Positions 37,233-46,046 of a stretch of 64,000 bases of DNA are shown here, piece after piece. The translations under genes and the position numbers were made by a program. The notes under the pieces were generated by a model that searched no databases, was not told the origin of the DNA, and saw only the letters and a list, made by a program, of their open reading frames with translations. The DNA is from an uncultured Clostridia bacterium (GTDB lineage Bacteria > Bacillota > Clostridia > Christensenellales > Pumilibacteraceae). The stretch is taken from positions 11,596 to 75,595 of the forward strand of contig CAKQDN010000001.1 of assembly GCA_934229275.1 (NCBI GenBank), read 5' to 3'. Position 1 is the first letter of the stretch. Every line of letters begins with the position of its first letter.

Positions 37233-38465
37233 CTATTCGGTTTTCCCGGCGGTTTTTTCGGGTTGGGCTTGCGCTTGCTTTTTCTCTTCTTCCGAAAGAT
37301 GAGGGAATTTCTTTTTTAATAGATCCCACATTATGTCCGCCGTTTTTTCCGCGCCGTAATTGTCGTGATGAGCGCGCGCTTTTTCCGCCATTTTTTCGAG
37401 TTCATCGGGATTATCGTAGAAAAACCGCACTTTTTCGGCTGCTCTTTTGGGATTTAATATCGCAATCGCGTTACCGACGTGGTCGATGTAGTAGTGAGCG
37501 TTGTGCTGTTCCATCTGTGTGGCGTAACTCGTGATTATCTCGGGAACGCCGAAAAAGCAAGGTTCGGCGACCGACGACGCACCGCTTTTGCCCATAAACA
37601 AGTCGGCGGAAGCAAGCAACTCTAAAATTCTGTCGGTAAAGCCGAACACGCGGAAATCGACGGTGGGGGAGGGCGTTATCGCCTTTAATTTGTCGTAAAG
37701 TTTGGTGTTTTTGCCGCAAACGGGTATGACCGTTATGTTCATGTCGCTCCGGGCGAGCAGTGCGGCGACTTTGCCCATTTTTCCTATTCCGTAACCGCCG
37801 TCGAACAATACGACTGTGAAGCGGTTTTCGTCCAGCCCGAGCGCCTTACGGTTGACTTTTTTATCGAGCGGAATGGAAAACGCCTCTTTGCGGATGGCGA
37901 ACGGCACGAGCGCGAGATTGTTTTCGTTAAACCGTTTCGGGTAGTGTTTTATAGCGGCGTCGTAGCCCGATTTTGCCGAAACCAGCGTCATGTCGTTGGG
38001 GTAGCAGCACAGCGGAATTATCTCGACGTCGGGAACGTAACTGACGTTTATGGGCTTGGAGTCGCTGTTCGCGACGTAGTAGGCAGTGGACCAGTGAGTG
38101 GACAGGAACATGTCGGCTTTTAAACGGTCGACGTATTCGGTGGCGTACTTGTTGGCATGCGGAACGAAGTTCATTATAAGTTCGCTACACGCCTGTGGAC
38201 CGAGAAGGTGCATGACCGACAGGCTTAAATAGCCGTAAAAAGGCATACGGTTGTACATGCGGACGTTGTTGCATAGCATTTTCTCGAACCGAACGAGCGG
38301 TTTTTTCCCGCTTTCGGCGAAAAAATGCGAGCGTACGACTCTCGTATACTGACCGTATTTTTTCTCGAACGCATCGGCTATGCTGCGCTCGGGCGCTATG
38401 TGACCCATTCCGGCTTCGACGAACGCGAATACGACTTTGGGTTTGTAAAATTTAGGTTTACTCAT
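37233..38465 (-). CDS. GT28-family glycosyltransferase (MGDG-synthase/UgtP-like diacylglycerol glycosyltransferase)
   Basis: 410 aa; N-terminal MGDG-synthase-like domain (VVFAFVEAGMGHIAPERSIADAF) plus C-terminal GT-B glycosyltransferase domain. Confidence 0.7.
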   Translation of the reverse strand: MSKPKFYKPKVVFAFVEAGMGHIAPERSIADAFEKKYGQYTRVVRSHFFAESGKKPLVRFEKMLCNNVRMYNRMPFYGYLSLSVMHLLGPQACSELIMNFVPHANKYATEYVDRLKADMFLSTHWSTAYYVANSDSKPINVSYVPDVEIIPLCCYPNDMTLVSAKSGYDAAIKHYPKRFNENNLALVPFAIRKEAFSIPLDKKVNRKALGLDENRFTVVLFDGGYGIGKMGKVAALLARSDMNITVIPVCGKNTKLYDKLKAITPSPTVDFRVFGFTDRILELLASADLFMGKSGASSVAEPCFFGVPEIITSYATQMEQHNAHYYIDHVGNAIAILNPKRAAEKVRFFYDNPDELEKMAEKARAHHDNYGAEKTADIMWDLLKKKFPHLSEEEKKQAQAQPEKTAGKTE

Positions 38466-39921
38466 TTATTTCCGATTGCGTTTGTCCTTGCGCAGAAGTT
38501 TTTTCTTCTTTTACGTTTTCGCTGAGTACTATATACAGGCAGTAGAACATCGCGAAGTATGGTGAAACGAAGAACACGTCAAGAAGCGACATGCACACGA
38601 GCGACGCGCAGCCTGCCGCGAACATGAGTTTTTCGTATGAATAGTTTTTAACGTACAGACGCACCGACATATAGCGGTGGAACAGGTATCCGATAAGTCC
38701 CACGGCTCCGCAACTGCCGAGATACTGAAGTACGGTGTTGTGAGCCATGCCCGAGAATCTGGTCATTCCGCCCAACCTTAGCGCTTCGAACGCGTTATAA
38801 AATCCCACGCCGAACACGGGTGCCTGTTTGAAAAACTCGAAATAGCCTTTCCATAGGTCGAACCGACCGCGTGACGCTTCCGCCACGTCGCCCGAGCCCG
38901 AAACCGAGTTCTTAATGAAAAAGTCGGTAAATACTTCGATTTTGCCGCACAAAACGATTATAAGCGCGATGAGGACGTATGCAAGCACGAAACACGCCGA
39001 CTGCACGCCGAGTGCCGAGCGCAGGTTTTTGTTCTTTACGAAAGAAATTATCGTAAGAATAACGCACATGGGCGCGCCTACGACCAGAGCCGTCCGCGAC
39101 ATGGTAAAGTACGTTGCCGTGATCGCTATGAAAACGGCGAAATAGTTGAAGTACAAATTGTAATTTTTGTTGATGAGGTAGTATGCTGCCGGGATAAGCA
39201 TGACGAGGAGCGCGCCGATCGTGTTGCTTATTCCCCAGCCTATGTGCATGACCGCTTTCCAGTCGCTGCTCATAATGCCGTAATCGCCGAAGTTGAAAGC
39301 GTAAAAAGCGGCAAGTTCCGCGCTCACCAGCAGCATCACGGCCACCATAGTGCGCGCAAGGTAAATGCGAGTACTCTCTGTGTTGTCGCAGAAGAAAGCA
39401 AACGCCGCATAAAAAGCGAGGAACATTCCGCCTATTCCGAACGCGTACAAAAGCGACGAAAAGTCGTACGGCTTATGGAAAAGTCCGCCTGCGATCGTGA
39501 CGACGAACAGCACGGCGAAAGCAAGTGACATGGGTCTAAGAAGAAGGTTCGCTTTATGATCTCTCGTCTTGTAGATTTTCGCAAAGTAGTATGTAACCGC
39601 ACACGCGATTATAACGACGGCGACGGCAAACGCGACTATCGTAAGCGGAGAAGTGAAGTATTTCATTTCGTCGTCTGAAGAGCCGCTCGAACGGAAGGAC
39701 AACTGAAAAACGAGTGTCAAGAGAGGTGGGAAAGCGTAGCGTTCGTTGTCCGACAGAATAAGCGCCGCCGCGAACAGAACCGCCGAAACGATTACGCCGA
39801 GGCGCGTTAAGCCCGTTACGAAAAACACGAACGCAAGGGCGGTTACAGCCGCGATATAGTAAGGACTTTTGAAAAGCCTTATTATCGTGCCTTTAAGCCG
39901 ATCGTTATCCTTTTTGCTCAT
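38458..39921 (-). CDS. O-antigen-ligase-like (Wzy_C) polytopic membrane protein
   Basis: 487 aa, at least 10 TM segments, large loop with TMSRTALVVG-type motif; GGAGG RBS; 8-nt overlap with the GT28 gene. Confidence 0.45.
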   Translation of the reverse strand: MSKKDNDRLKGTIIRLFKSPYYIAAVTALAFVFFVTGLTRLGVIVSAVLFAAALILSDNERYAFPPLLTLVFQLSFRSSGSSDDEMKYFTSPLTIVAFAVAVVIIACAVTYYFAKIYKTRDHKANLLLRPMSLAFAVLFVVTIAGGLFHKPYDFSSLLYAFGIGGMFLAFYAAFAFFCDNTESTRIYLARTMVAVMLLVSAELAAFYAFNFGDYGIMSSDWKAVMHIGWGISNTIGALLVMLIPAAYYLINKNYNLYFNYFAVFIAITATYFTMSRTALVVGAPMCVILTIISFVKNKNLRSALGVQSACFVLAYVLIALIIVLCGKIEVFTDFFIKNSVSGSGDVAEASRGRFDLWKGYFEFFKQAPVFGVGFYNAFEALRLGGMTRFSGMAHNTVLQYLGSCGAVGLIGYLFHRYMSVRLYVKNYSYEKLMFAAGCASLVCMSLLDVFFVSPYFAMFYCLYIVLSENVKEEKTSAQGQTQSEINE

Positions 39922-41932
39922 TCTTGATTTTCCTCCTGTATTCGCTGGGGACCATGGTAAATATCTGTTCTTCGGTGGCTTTTTCGTCTTCGCTCATGGC
40001 AAGAGTACGCAGTTTTTCGAGTTGTTCGTCGAACTTTTTGCGGTCTATTTCCTGCAATTTGTTGACGAAAACGCCCTCATGAGCGGTTTTATCCACTTTT
40101 TCCTTGTCGTAACGCAGTTCTTCGAACAGTTTTTCGCCGGGGCGCAGTCCTGTTATTTCGATCGGGATATCGACTTCCGGAACCAGCCCGTTAAGACGTA
40201 TAAGGTCGCACGCAAGGTCGTAGATGTACACGGGTTCGCCCATGTCCAGCACGAACACTTCGCCGCGTGAAGCGAACGCTCCCGTCTGAAGAACCAGTCT
40301 TACGGCTTCCGGAATGGACATAAAGTAGCGTTTAATATTGCGGTCGGTAAGCGTTACGGGACCGCCTTTACGGATCTGATCGAGGAAAATAGGCACGACC
40401 GAGCCGTTGCTTCCGAGCACGTTGCCGAAACGGACCGCCGCTATTTTCAGTGAGCCTGTTTTTCCGCGCGTCTGCACGAGCATTTCGGCAATACGCTTGC
40501 TCGCACCCATGACGTTGGAGGGGTTCACGGCTTTGTCGGTGGAGATAAGCACCATCTTGCCTGTGCCGTATTTCTGCGCGCACTCGATGACGTTGAGCGT
40601 GCCGAAAACGTTGTTTTTAATGGCTTCCGTGGGCGCGATTTCCATCATCGGAACGTGTTTGTACGCCGCCGCGTGGAAGATGATTTCGGGGTGATACTGT
40701 TCGAACACTTCTTCGAGTTTGGCACGCTCCCGAACGGTACCGATGACGAGCGTGTAGCGACTGCGGTCGAATTTCTGCATGAATTCCTGATTGAGGAAGA
40801 ACATGCCGTTTTCGTGCATATCGAAAATAACGAGGTGTTTGCAGCCGAACGTCAGTACTTGTCTGCACAGTTCGCTGCCTATCGAGCCTGCTCCGCCGGT
40901 GACCATGACCACTTTGTCTTTAACCGAGCAGTCTATAAGTTCGCGGCGCACTTTGAATTCGTCGCGACCCAAAAGGTTTTCGATTTTAATGTCCTGAATG
41001 GACAGCGAGCCGCTCGAATATTCGTCGGCGTCGAGATAGCCGGGGACGAATTTAATGGGGATGTTAAGCGGTTTGCAAAGGTTGTAAATGTGGCGCAGTT
41101 GCGACTTGTTAAGGCTGATTATCGCGATGACTATGGCGCCTGCCGTGTATTTTTCGGCGACTTCCGCGACGTTTTCGATGGGGCCGACTATGGGTACGCC
41201 GCAGATTTTGGCGTGCTGTTTGTTCTTGTCGTCGTCGAGCGCGGCAACGGGGAGGTAGCCTTCCGAAGGATTCTGCATGAATCGCGTGATTATAAGCGCG
41301 CCGGTGTAGCCCGCTCCGATTATTATCGTGCGTTTGAGCGTGGGTTTATTGGACTTGCCCGTTTTGTTGTAGTACAGAATGGTGTTGATTATTCCGTAGC
41401 GGAAACGCCAACTGCCGCACAGACAGAACGCGAAAAGTATGTACATTAAAATTACCGGAGCCCAGTACGGAATTCCGAAAAATTCGTAAAGCACTATTTT
41501 TGCCGCCCATATGACGACGAGCGCGAAAACAAACGCCGCGATAAACCGCTGAACGTCGTTTTTGCCGGCGTATTTCCACACCGTGCCGTAGCAGCGGAAG
41601 ATAAGCAGCATGACAATCGTCGTTACGACCGAAACCGGCATTATTATCGTCCAGCGATTGGTTCCGTAACCGTACGACGGGTCAATACGATAGTACATTA
41701 TGGCGTCGGCAAGCCAGAACGCCAGCATGCATAGGGCGACGTCGGCAAGCAACGTGAGAATAAACATCAGCCAGAACGGAATCACTCTGTCCGAACCGCT
41801 TACCGCGCGTTCGAAGTTTTTACGCGCTTGTTTTTTATCGAATTGTTCGGGCGTAAAATCGTTATTGCGTCCGACGATTTTTTTGTTTTCGATTTTTTTG
41901 TTTTCGTTTTTGTTGTTCTGTCGGTTATTCAC
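39905..41932 (-). CDS. polysaccharide biosynthesis protein, membrane-anchored NDP-sugar 4,6-dehydratase (PglF/CapD/WbpM family)
   Basis: N-terminal TM segments plus Rossmann VMVTGGAGSIGSELCRQV plus catalytic Y-x-x-x-K region. The ORF is open to 42304 (Arg-rich N-terminus with no RBS); GTG at 41932 with GGAG upstream is proposed as the start. Confidence 0.75.
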   Translation of the reverse strand: MNNRQNNKNENKKIENKKIVGRNNDFTPEQFDKKQARKNFERAVSGSDRVIPFWLMFILTLLADVALCMLAFWLADAIMYYRIDPSYGYGTNRWTIIMPVSVVTTIVMLLIFRCYGTVWKYAGKNDVQRFIAAFVFALVVIWAAKIVLYEFFGIPYWAPVILMYILFAFCLCGSWRFRYGIINTILYYNKTGKSNKPTLKRTIIIGAGYTGALIITRFMQNPSEGYLPVAALDDDKNKQHAKICGVPIVGPIENVAEVAEKYTAGAIVIAIISLNKSQLRHIYNLCKPLNIPIKFVPGYLDADEYSSGSLSIQDIKIENLLGRDEFKVRRELIDCSVKDKVVMVTGGAGSIGSELCRQVLTFGCKHLVIFDMHENGMFFLNQEFMQKFDRSRYTLVIGTVRERAKLEEVFEQYHPEIIFHAAAYKHVPMMEIAPTEAIKNNVFGTLNVIECAQKYGTGKMVLISTDKAVNPSNVMGASKRIAEMLVQTRGKTGSLKIAAVRFGNVLGSNGSVVPIFLDQIRKGGPVTLTDRNIKRYFMSIPEAVRLVLQTGAFASRGEVFVLDMGEPVYIYDLACDLIRLNGLVPEVDIPIEITGLRPGEKLFEELRYDKEKVDKTAHEGVFVNKLQEIDRKKFDEQLEKLRTLAMSEDEKATEEQIFTMVPSEYRRKIKNEQKG

Positions 41933-42182
41933 GGGAAATGCTCCGTCTACGTTGCCTTTTCGCGGCAAACTCCGTATTTTTACTTGCAACCGCATCCGAG
42001 CGGTCGCGCGCACGCGTATCATATTTATGCGTACACGCAATATTATATTATTTTTGATGCGTTCTGTCAAGCCCAAAAGCCTTATACGAAAAAAACGACG
42101 CCGTTTCATGCGAGAAAAGCGTCGTTTTAAGTCTTTTTGTAAATTATGAGTAGCGTGATTGATAAGAAAACTTTGGGGTCGC

Positions 42183-43094
42183 TCAGGCGCGGTCTGGATT
42201 TCGTACTTCGCACGCGCGCAGGTCTTTTCCCGAAAATTCGGCGGCGTAGCAGGTCTTTTTGTCCAGCATGCGGCTCGCGATTCTCTCGCCGTACCGCGCG
42301 GCAAGCCGATCGACGTCGAGATTGCTCGTAAACAGCGTGTGACGTCCTGCGATCTGTCGTTCGTTTATCACGAGGTACAGGTATTCGAGCGTAACGTTTT
42401 TATACACGGCTTCGGTGCCGAGGTCGTCGATGACGAGCAAGTCGCAGTCGAGGTACGGAGCGATCAGCGAGCGACGGTCGGGCGTGAAAGTGGTGTGGTA
42501 TGCCGACGCGTCAGAAACGAACTTGAAAGCCGTGACGAAAGTGGCGGAGTAGCCTTTTTTAAGCACCGCGTCCACGCAGCACGACGCAAGAAAAGTTTTG
42601 CCCGTGCCGCTTTTTCCGAGCAGCGAGAATATCTTCTTTTTGGAAAGCGGAAATTTGTCCGCAAACACCGTTTTAAGGTCGGCGGCGACTTTTATAAATA
42701 CCGCTCCGTCTTTTTGATCGAAAAGCGAATAGTCGATTTCCGAAAAATCGTGCAGGGGAAAGGCGATGTAGTCGTCGAACGACATTGCCTTGACGCACTC
42801 GCACATTTTTCCGCCCGTAAAGCCCTTATCTCCGCATTTGGCGCAGTGAGGAGCGGGGCGAACGATTTTTTTCAGTCCGCTTGCGTCGATGTATTCGTCA
42901 AGAGCGCGTTTTGCTCTGTCGCCGGCTCCCTCGGTTTCGCCTTTTACGTCCGAAAGCACGGCTTTTCGGTAGGCGGCGTCGAGCGCGGCAAGGCGTTCGT
43001 CGCTTGCAAGCAGACGGTAGTAGGCTTCCGACGCGGCAATAAGGTCGCTTTCGCGGCGCGAACGTATGAAGTTAAGCGTTTTTTCGTAGTTCAT
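42183..43094 (-). CDS. dnaI: DnaC/DnaI-family helicase loader (IstB-like AAA+ ATPase)
   Basis: Walker A LLGKSGTGKTFLA, Walker B LLVIDDLGTE, N-terminal Cys-rich zinc-binding region (CAKCGDKG...CEC). Confidence 0.8.
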   Translation of the reverse strand: MNYEKTLNFIRSRRESDLIAASEAYYRLLASDERLAALDAAYRKAVLSDVKGETEGAGDRAKRALDEYIDASGLKKIVRPAPHCAKCGDKGFTGGKMCECVKAMSFDDYIAFPLHDFSEIDYSLFDQKDGAVFIKVAADLKTVFADKFPLSKKKIFSLLGKSGTGKTFLASCCVDAVLKKGYSATFVTAFKFVSDASAYHTTFTPDRRSLIAPYLDCDLLVIDDLGTEAVYKNVTLEYLYLVINERQIAGRHTLFTSNLDVDRLAARYGERIASRMLDKKTCYAAEFSGKDLRACEVRNPDRA

Positions 43095-44521
43095 TACAGA
43101 TCCTCGTATTCGAGATTATCGAAAAGAGCGTTGAGTTGGTCGCTCGTGTAAGTTTTCGTGACTTTGGTTTCCTGCGACGCGGCTTTTTCGAAGCGGAAAG
43201 CGTTTGCTTCGTCGACCGTTTTTACGCCTGCTTTGAACCAGGCGGACAAAAGCGCGTTCATGTGCTGAACGGGAGCGGACGTTCCCTTCGACTTTTCCGC
43301 GGCGAGAGTGATAAGTTCGCTCGTCATGCCCCACGACCCCGTCCAGACGTTGTAACTGTCGCGGTCGCGCGAGGTGACGTTTCTCGTAATTCCCGCAACC
43401 TCGAAAAAAGCCTTGATGAAGTTATCGGTCTGCACGCTCTTGCCGACGAACTGATCGATGCTCGCGGCGGACACGAGACCTTGCTTGTAAAATTTGTCCA
43501 CGACGTCGTTCATGCCTTCGAGCGTACGCACGCCGCGCTTGAAGCAGTAGGTCGCGATAAGCGTTATCGTTTCCTCGTCGAATCCGCATGCTATCCACTT
43601 GGTGATATACGTTTCGATTATAAAATCGAGTTGTTCGTAGTATACGCCGATAATGCGGTTGACGTTTTTTGCAAGCGCGACCAGTTTTTCGCGGTTTGCG
43701 TTGAAGTCCTCGATTTCCTCGAACGACATAAGATGATTTTCGTAATATCGGGTCATAAGAGCGTCCAGTTTTTCCATGCCGCCCTTTTTGACCGTTTTCG
43801 CGACTTTTATTATTGTGGCAGGAGTGTATTCCATGCCTTTCGTCCATTTTATGTAAAGCCGCTTGTCCTCGTGGTCGGGCTTTCGCTTGCTGCCGAGCGC
43901 GGCGAGAACGGGACGTAGTTCTTTTTCGTACGCGTCGAACTGGCTTAACTGCTCGCTCACGCGGTCGAATGTCAGTAGTCCCTGTGCCGCTAGGTTGCGC
44001 GCGACCGCGAGAATGTAGGGGTAGGATATGCTTTCGCCTTTCTGGCGTATGCAGTACGCTATGATGGCGAGCATCGCGCCCGTTTCCATGTGCGTGTCTT
44101 CCATGAGAGAGTAGTACTCGTTGTATTCGCCCGGAAGAACGTTTCTGTTCGGGAGCATGGCGTGCAACTGGTCGTTGAAGTCTTTGTACTTGGTTTTGGA
44201 GAACTTTTGCGCGGAAGGAGTGGCTTCGCGCACGGGCAGGAATTCTATTTCGGGAGTGGCGGACGCGCGTGAAACGGCAATAACGCCCTGATTTTCCCAG
44301 TAGCGCAACGCTTCTTCCACGACCGGCGTATCCAGACTCAGTTTGCTTGCTATGTATTCTTCCGCGTTGTCGCCGACGTTTGCTCCGCTTGCCGCCAGAA
44401 GTCCGCAAAGGTACACTTTAACGTAACTTTCGGGAGCAAACGGCATGAAATTAAGCAAAAACGCGTTGTCTACCTCGGTTTTTCCCGACAACAGTTTTTC
44501 TTTTCCGATCTTCATTTGCAT
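43094..44521 (-). CDS. DnaD-domain replication initiation / membrane attachment protein (B. subtilis DnaB-type)
   Basis: 475 aa with two DnaD-like repeats (YVKVYLCGLL ..., YIKWTKGMEY ...) immediately upstream of the dnaI-like gene, the conserved Firmicutes pair. Confidence 0.7.
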   Translation of the reverse strand: MQMKIGKEKLLSGKTEVDNAFLLNFMPFAPESYVKVYLCGLLAASGANVGDNAEEYIASKLSLDTPVVEEALRYWENQGVIAVSRASATPEIEFLPVREATPSAQKFSKTKYKDFNDQLHAMLPNRNVLPGEYNEYYSLMEDTHMETGAMLAIIAYCIRQKGESISYPYILAVARNLAAQGLLTFDRVSEQLSQFDAYEKELRPVLAALGSKRKPDHEDKRLYIKWTKGMEYTPATIIKVAKTVKKGGMEKLDALMTRYYENHLMSFEEIEDFNANREKLVALAKNVNRIIGVYYEQLDFIIETYITKWIACGFDEETITLIATYCFKRGVRTLEGMNDVVDKFYKQGLVSAASIDQFVGKSVQTDNFIKAFFEVAGITRNVTSRDRDSYNVWTGSWGMTSELITLAAEKSKGTSAPVQHMNALLSAWFKAGVKTVDEANAFRFEKAASQETKVTKTYTSDQLNALFDNLEYEDL

Positions 44522-44591
44522 AAATTCCGCCTCCCTTAAGCGACCGACGAACGTTTTTTGCGTCCGCTCGGCAAAAAATTGCCGAAATCGC

Positions 44592-44620
44592 TTGATTTAA
44601 TCCCCACAATAATCTATAAT
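44592..44620 (+). promoter_or_regulatory. sigma-A promoter (TTGATT-N17-TATAAT) of sbcDC
   Basis: TTGATT 44592-44597, TATAAT 44615-44620. Confidence 0.5.
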
Positions 44621-44720
44621 ATCATTATTCCGTAAATTTTTCAAACGTTTTCGGGCAGTTTTTTAAATATCTATATGTGGTATTTATCGCACGCTACAAA
44701 ACACAATAAGGAGAATGTAT

Positions 44721-46046
44721 TTGAAGATTCTGCACACCGCCGACTGGCATCTCGGCAAAAAAATAGAAGGAAAGAGCATGCTCGCCAATCAGATAGCGGC
44801 TCTCGGCGACCTCGAACGGATAGCGGAGGGCGAAAAACCCGACCTCGTGCTTATCTGCGGCGACGTGTTCGACACAGCCGTTCCGCCTGCCGAAGCCGAA
44901 CGCCTGTTTTTCGACACTTGCGAACGTTTGTCGTCGTACGGCTGCCCGGTAGTGGCGATTGCCGGCAATCACGACGACGGAAACCGGCTGTCCGCCGCGA
45001 GAAGCCTTGCCGCGCGCCACAATATCTACCTTATCGGCGACACCGACAACTCCTTTTACGACGCGTTCGGAGCGGAAAACGGAAAAGGCTGGATCCGCAT
45101 TGATACGCCTTCGGGCAAAGCGTGCATTGCCGCGCTTCCGTACCCCCTCGAAAGTTTTTTTACGGGCTCGTCCGAGAGTGATCCGAACGAAATTCAGTCT
45201 GACGAAAACGCAGCGTCCCGTAACGAAAACGACGGTACGTCTGACGAAAAAACGAACGAAAACGGTGCCGTGAGCGTTGCTCCCGAAAGCGAAAAAGCCG
45301 ATAATAATGATGATAGCAATGTCAAAAACAGTGACGGCGAAGAGCAGTCGGATGAGCCGTTCGACGAGAAATACACCGACAGAATACGCGCGCTTGTGCG
45401 TGAGTGCGAAAAGGGATTTTTGCCCGGCGAGGTCAATATATTCGCGGCGCATATCTTCACCATGCCCGGCTCGGAGGAAAAGACGCTGGGCGGAGCGAAA
45501 ATTCTGCCGTCCGACGTTTTGCCCGATAGCGCGGACTATGCGGCGCTCGGTCACGTTCATAAAAGACTGCGGATAAGCCGCGCTCCCGAGGCGTGGTACT
45601 CCGGCTCACTCGTGCCGTGCTCGTTTGCCGAAACGGGCAACAGGTGCGTAAACATCGTCGAAATAGAGAAAACGGAAAACGGTGAAAAGTCCGTCGCCGT
45701 GAGGTCGGTGACGCTTGAAAACGTAAAAGACCTCGTGAAAATACGCGCGAAAGACTACGACGAGGCGTACGAAAAACTGTCCGCGTGCGACTGCTACGCC
45801 GAAATCGAATACGACTGCCCAACGCCGCTCACTCCGGCTAAAATGAACGCACTCCGCGCACTCCCGGCATTCGTCAAATTCACGCCGTGCTTCGTTTCCG
45901 GCGAGAGCGGATCTCGTTCCGAGCGCAAACTCATGACCGACGAACAACTGTTCGAAGCGTTTTTCGAGCGCAAAAAGGGCAGAAAGCCCGATCCCGACGA
46001 GCAGGAACTCTTTATTAAGGCGGTCGGAAAGGAGGATATTTTATGA
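44721..46046 (+). CDS. sbcD: exonuclease SbcD (Mre11-type phosphoesterase) with acidic low-complexity insertion
   Basis: Phosphoesterase motifs HTADWHLG, GDVFD, GNHD. TTG 44721 has correct spacing from AAGGAGA (ATG 44715 is 1 nt from the RBS). About 70-aa Asp/Glu/Asn/Ser-rich insertion (nt about 45170-45370). Confidence 0.85.
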   Translation: MKILHTADWHLGKKIEGKSMLANQIAALGDLERIAEGEKPDLVLICGDVFDTAVPPAEAERLFFDTCERLSSYGCPVVAIAGNHDDGNRLSAARSLAARHNIYLIGDTDNSFYDAFGAENGKGWIRIDTPSGKACIAALPYPLESFFTGSSESDPNEIQSDENAASRNENDGTSDEKTNENGAVSVAPESEKADNNDDSNVKNSDGEEQSDEPFDEKYTDRIRALVRECEKGFLPGEVNIFAAHIFTMPGSEEKTLGGAKILPSDVLPDSADYAALGHVHKRLRISRAPEAWYSGSLVPCSFAETGNRCVNIVEIEKTENGEKSVAVRSVTLENVKDLVKIRAKDYDEAYEKLSACDCYAEIEYDCPTPLTPAKMNALRALPAFVKFTPCFVSGESGSRSERKLMTDEQLFEAFFERKKGRKPDPDEQELFIKAVGKEDIL

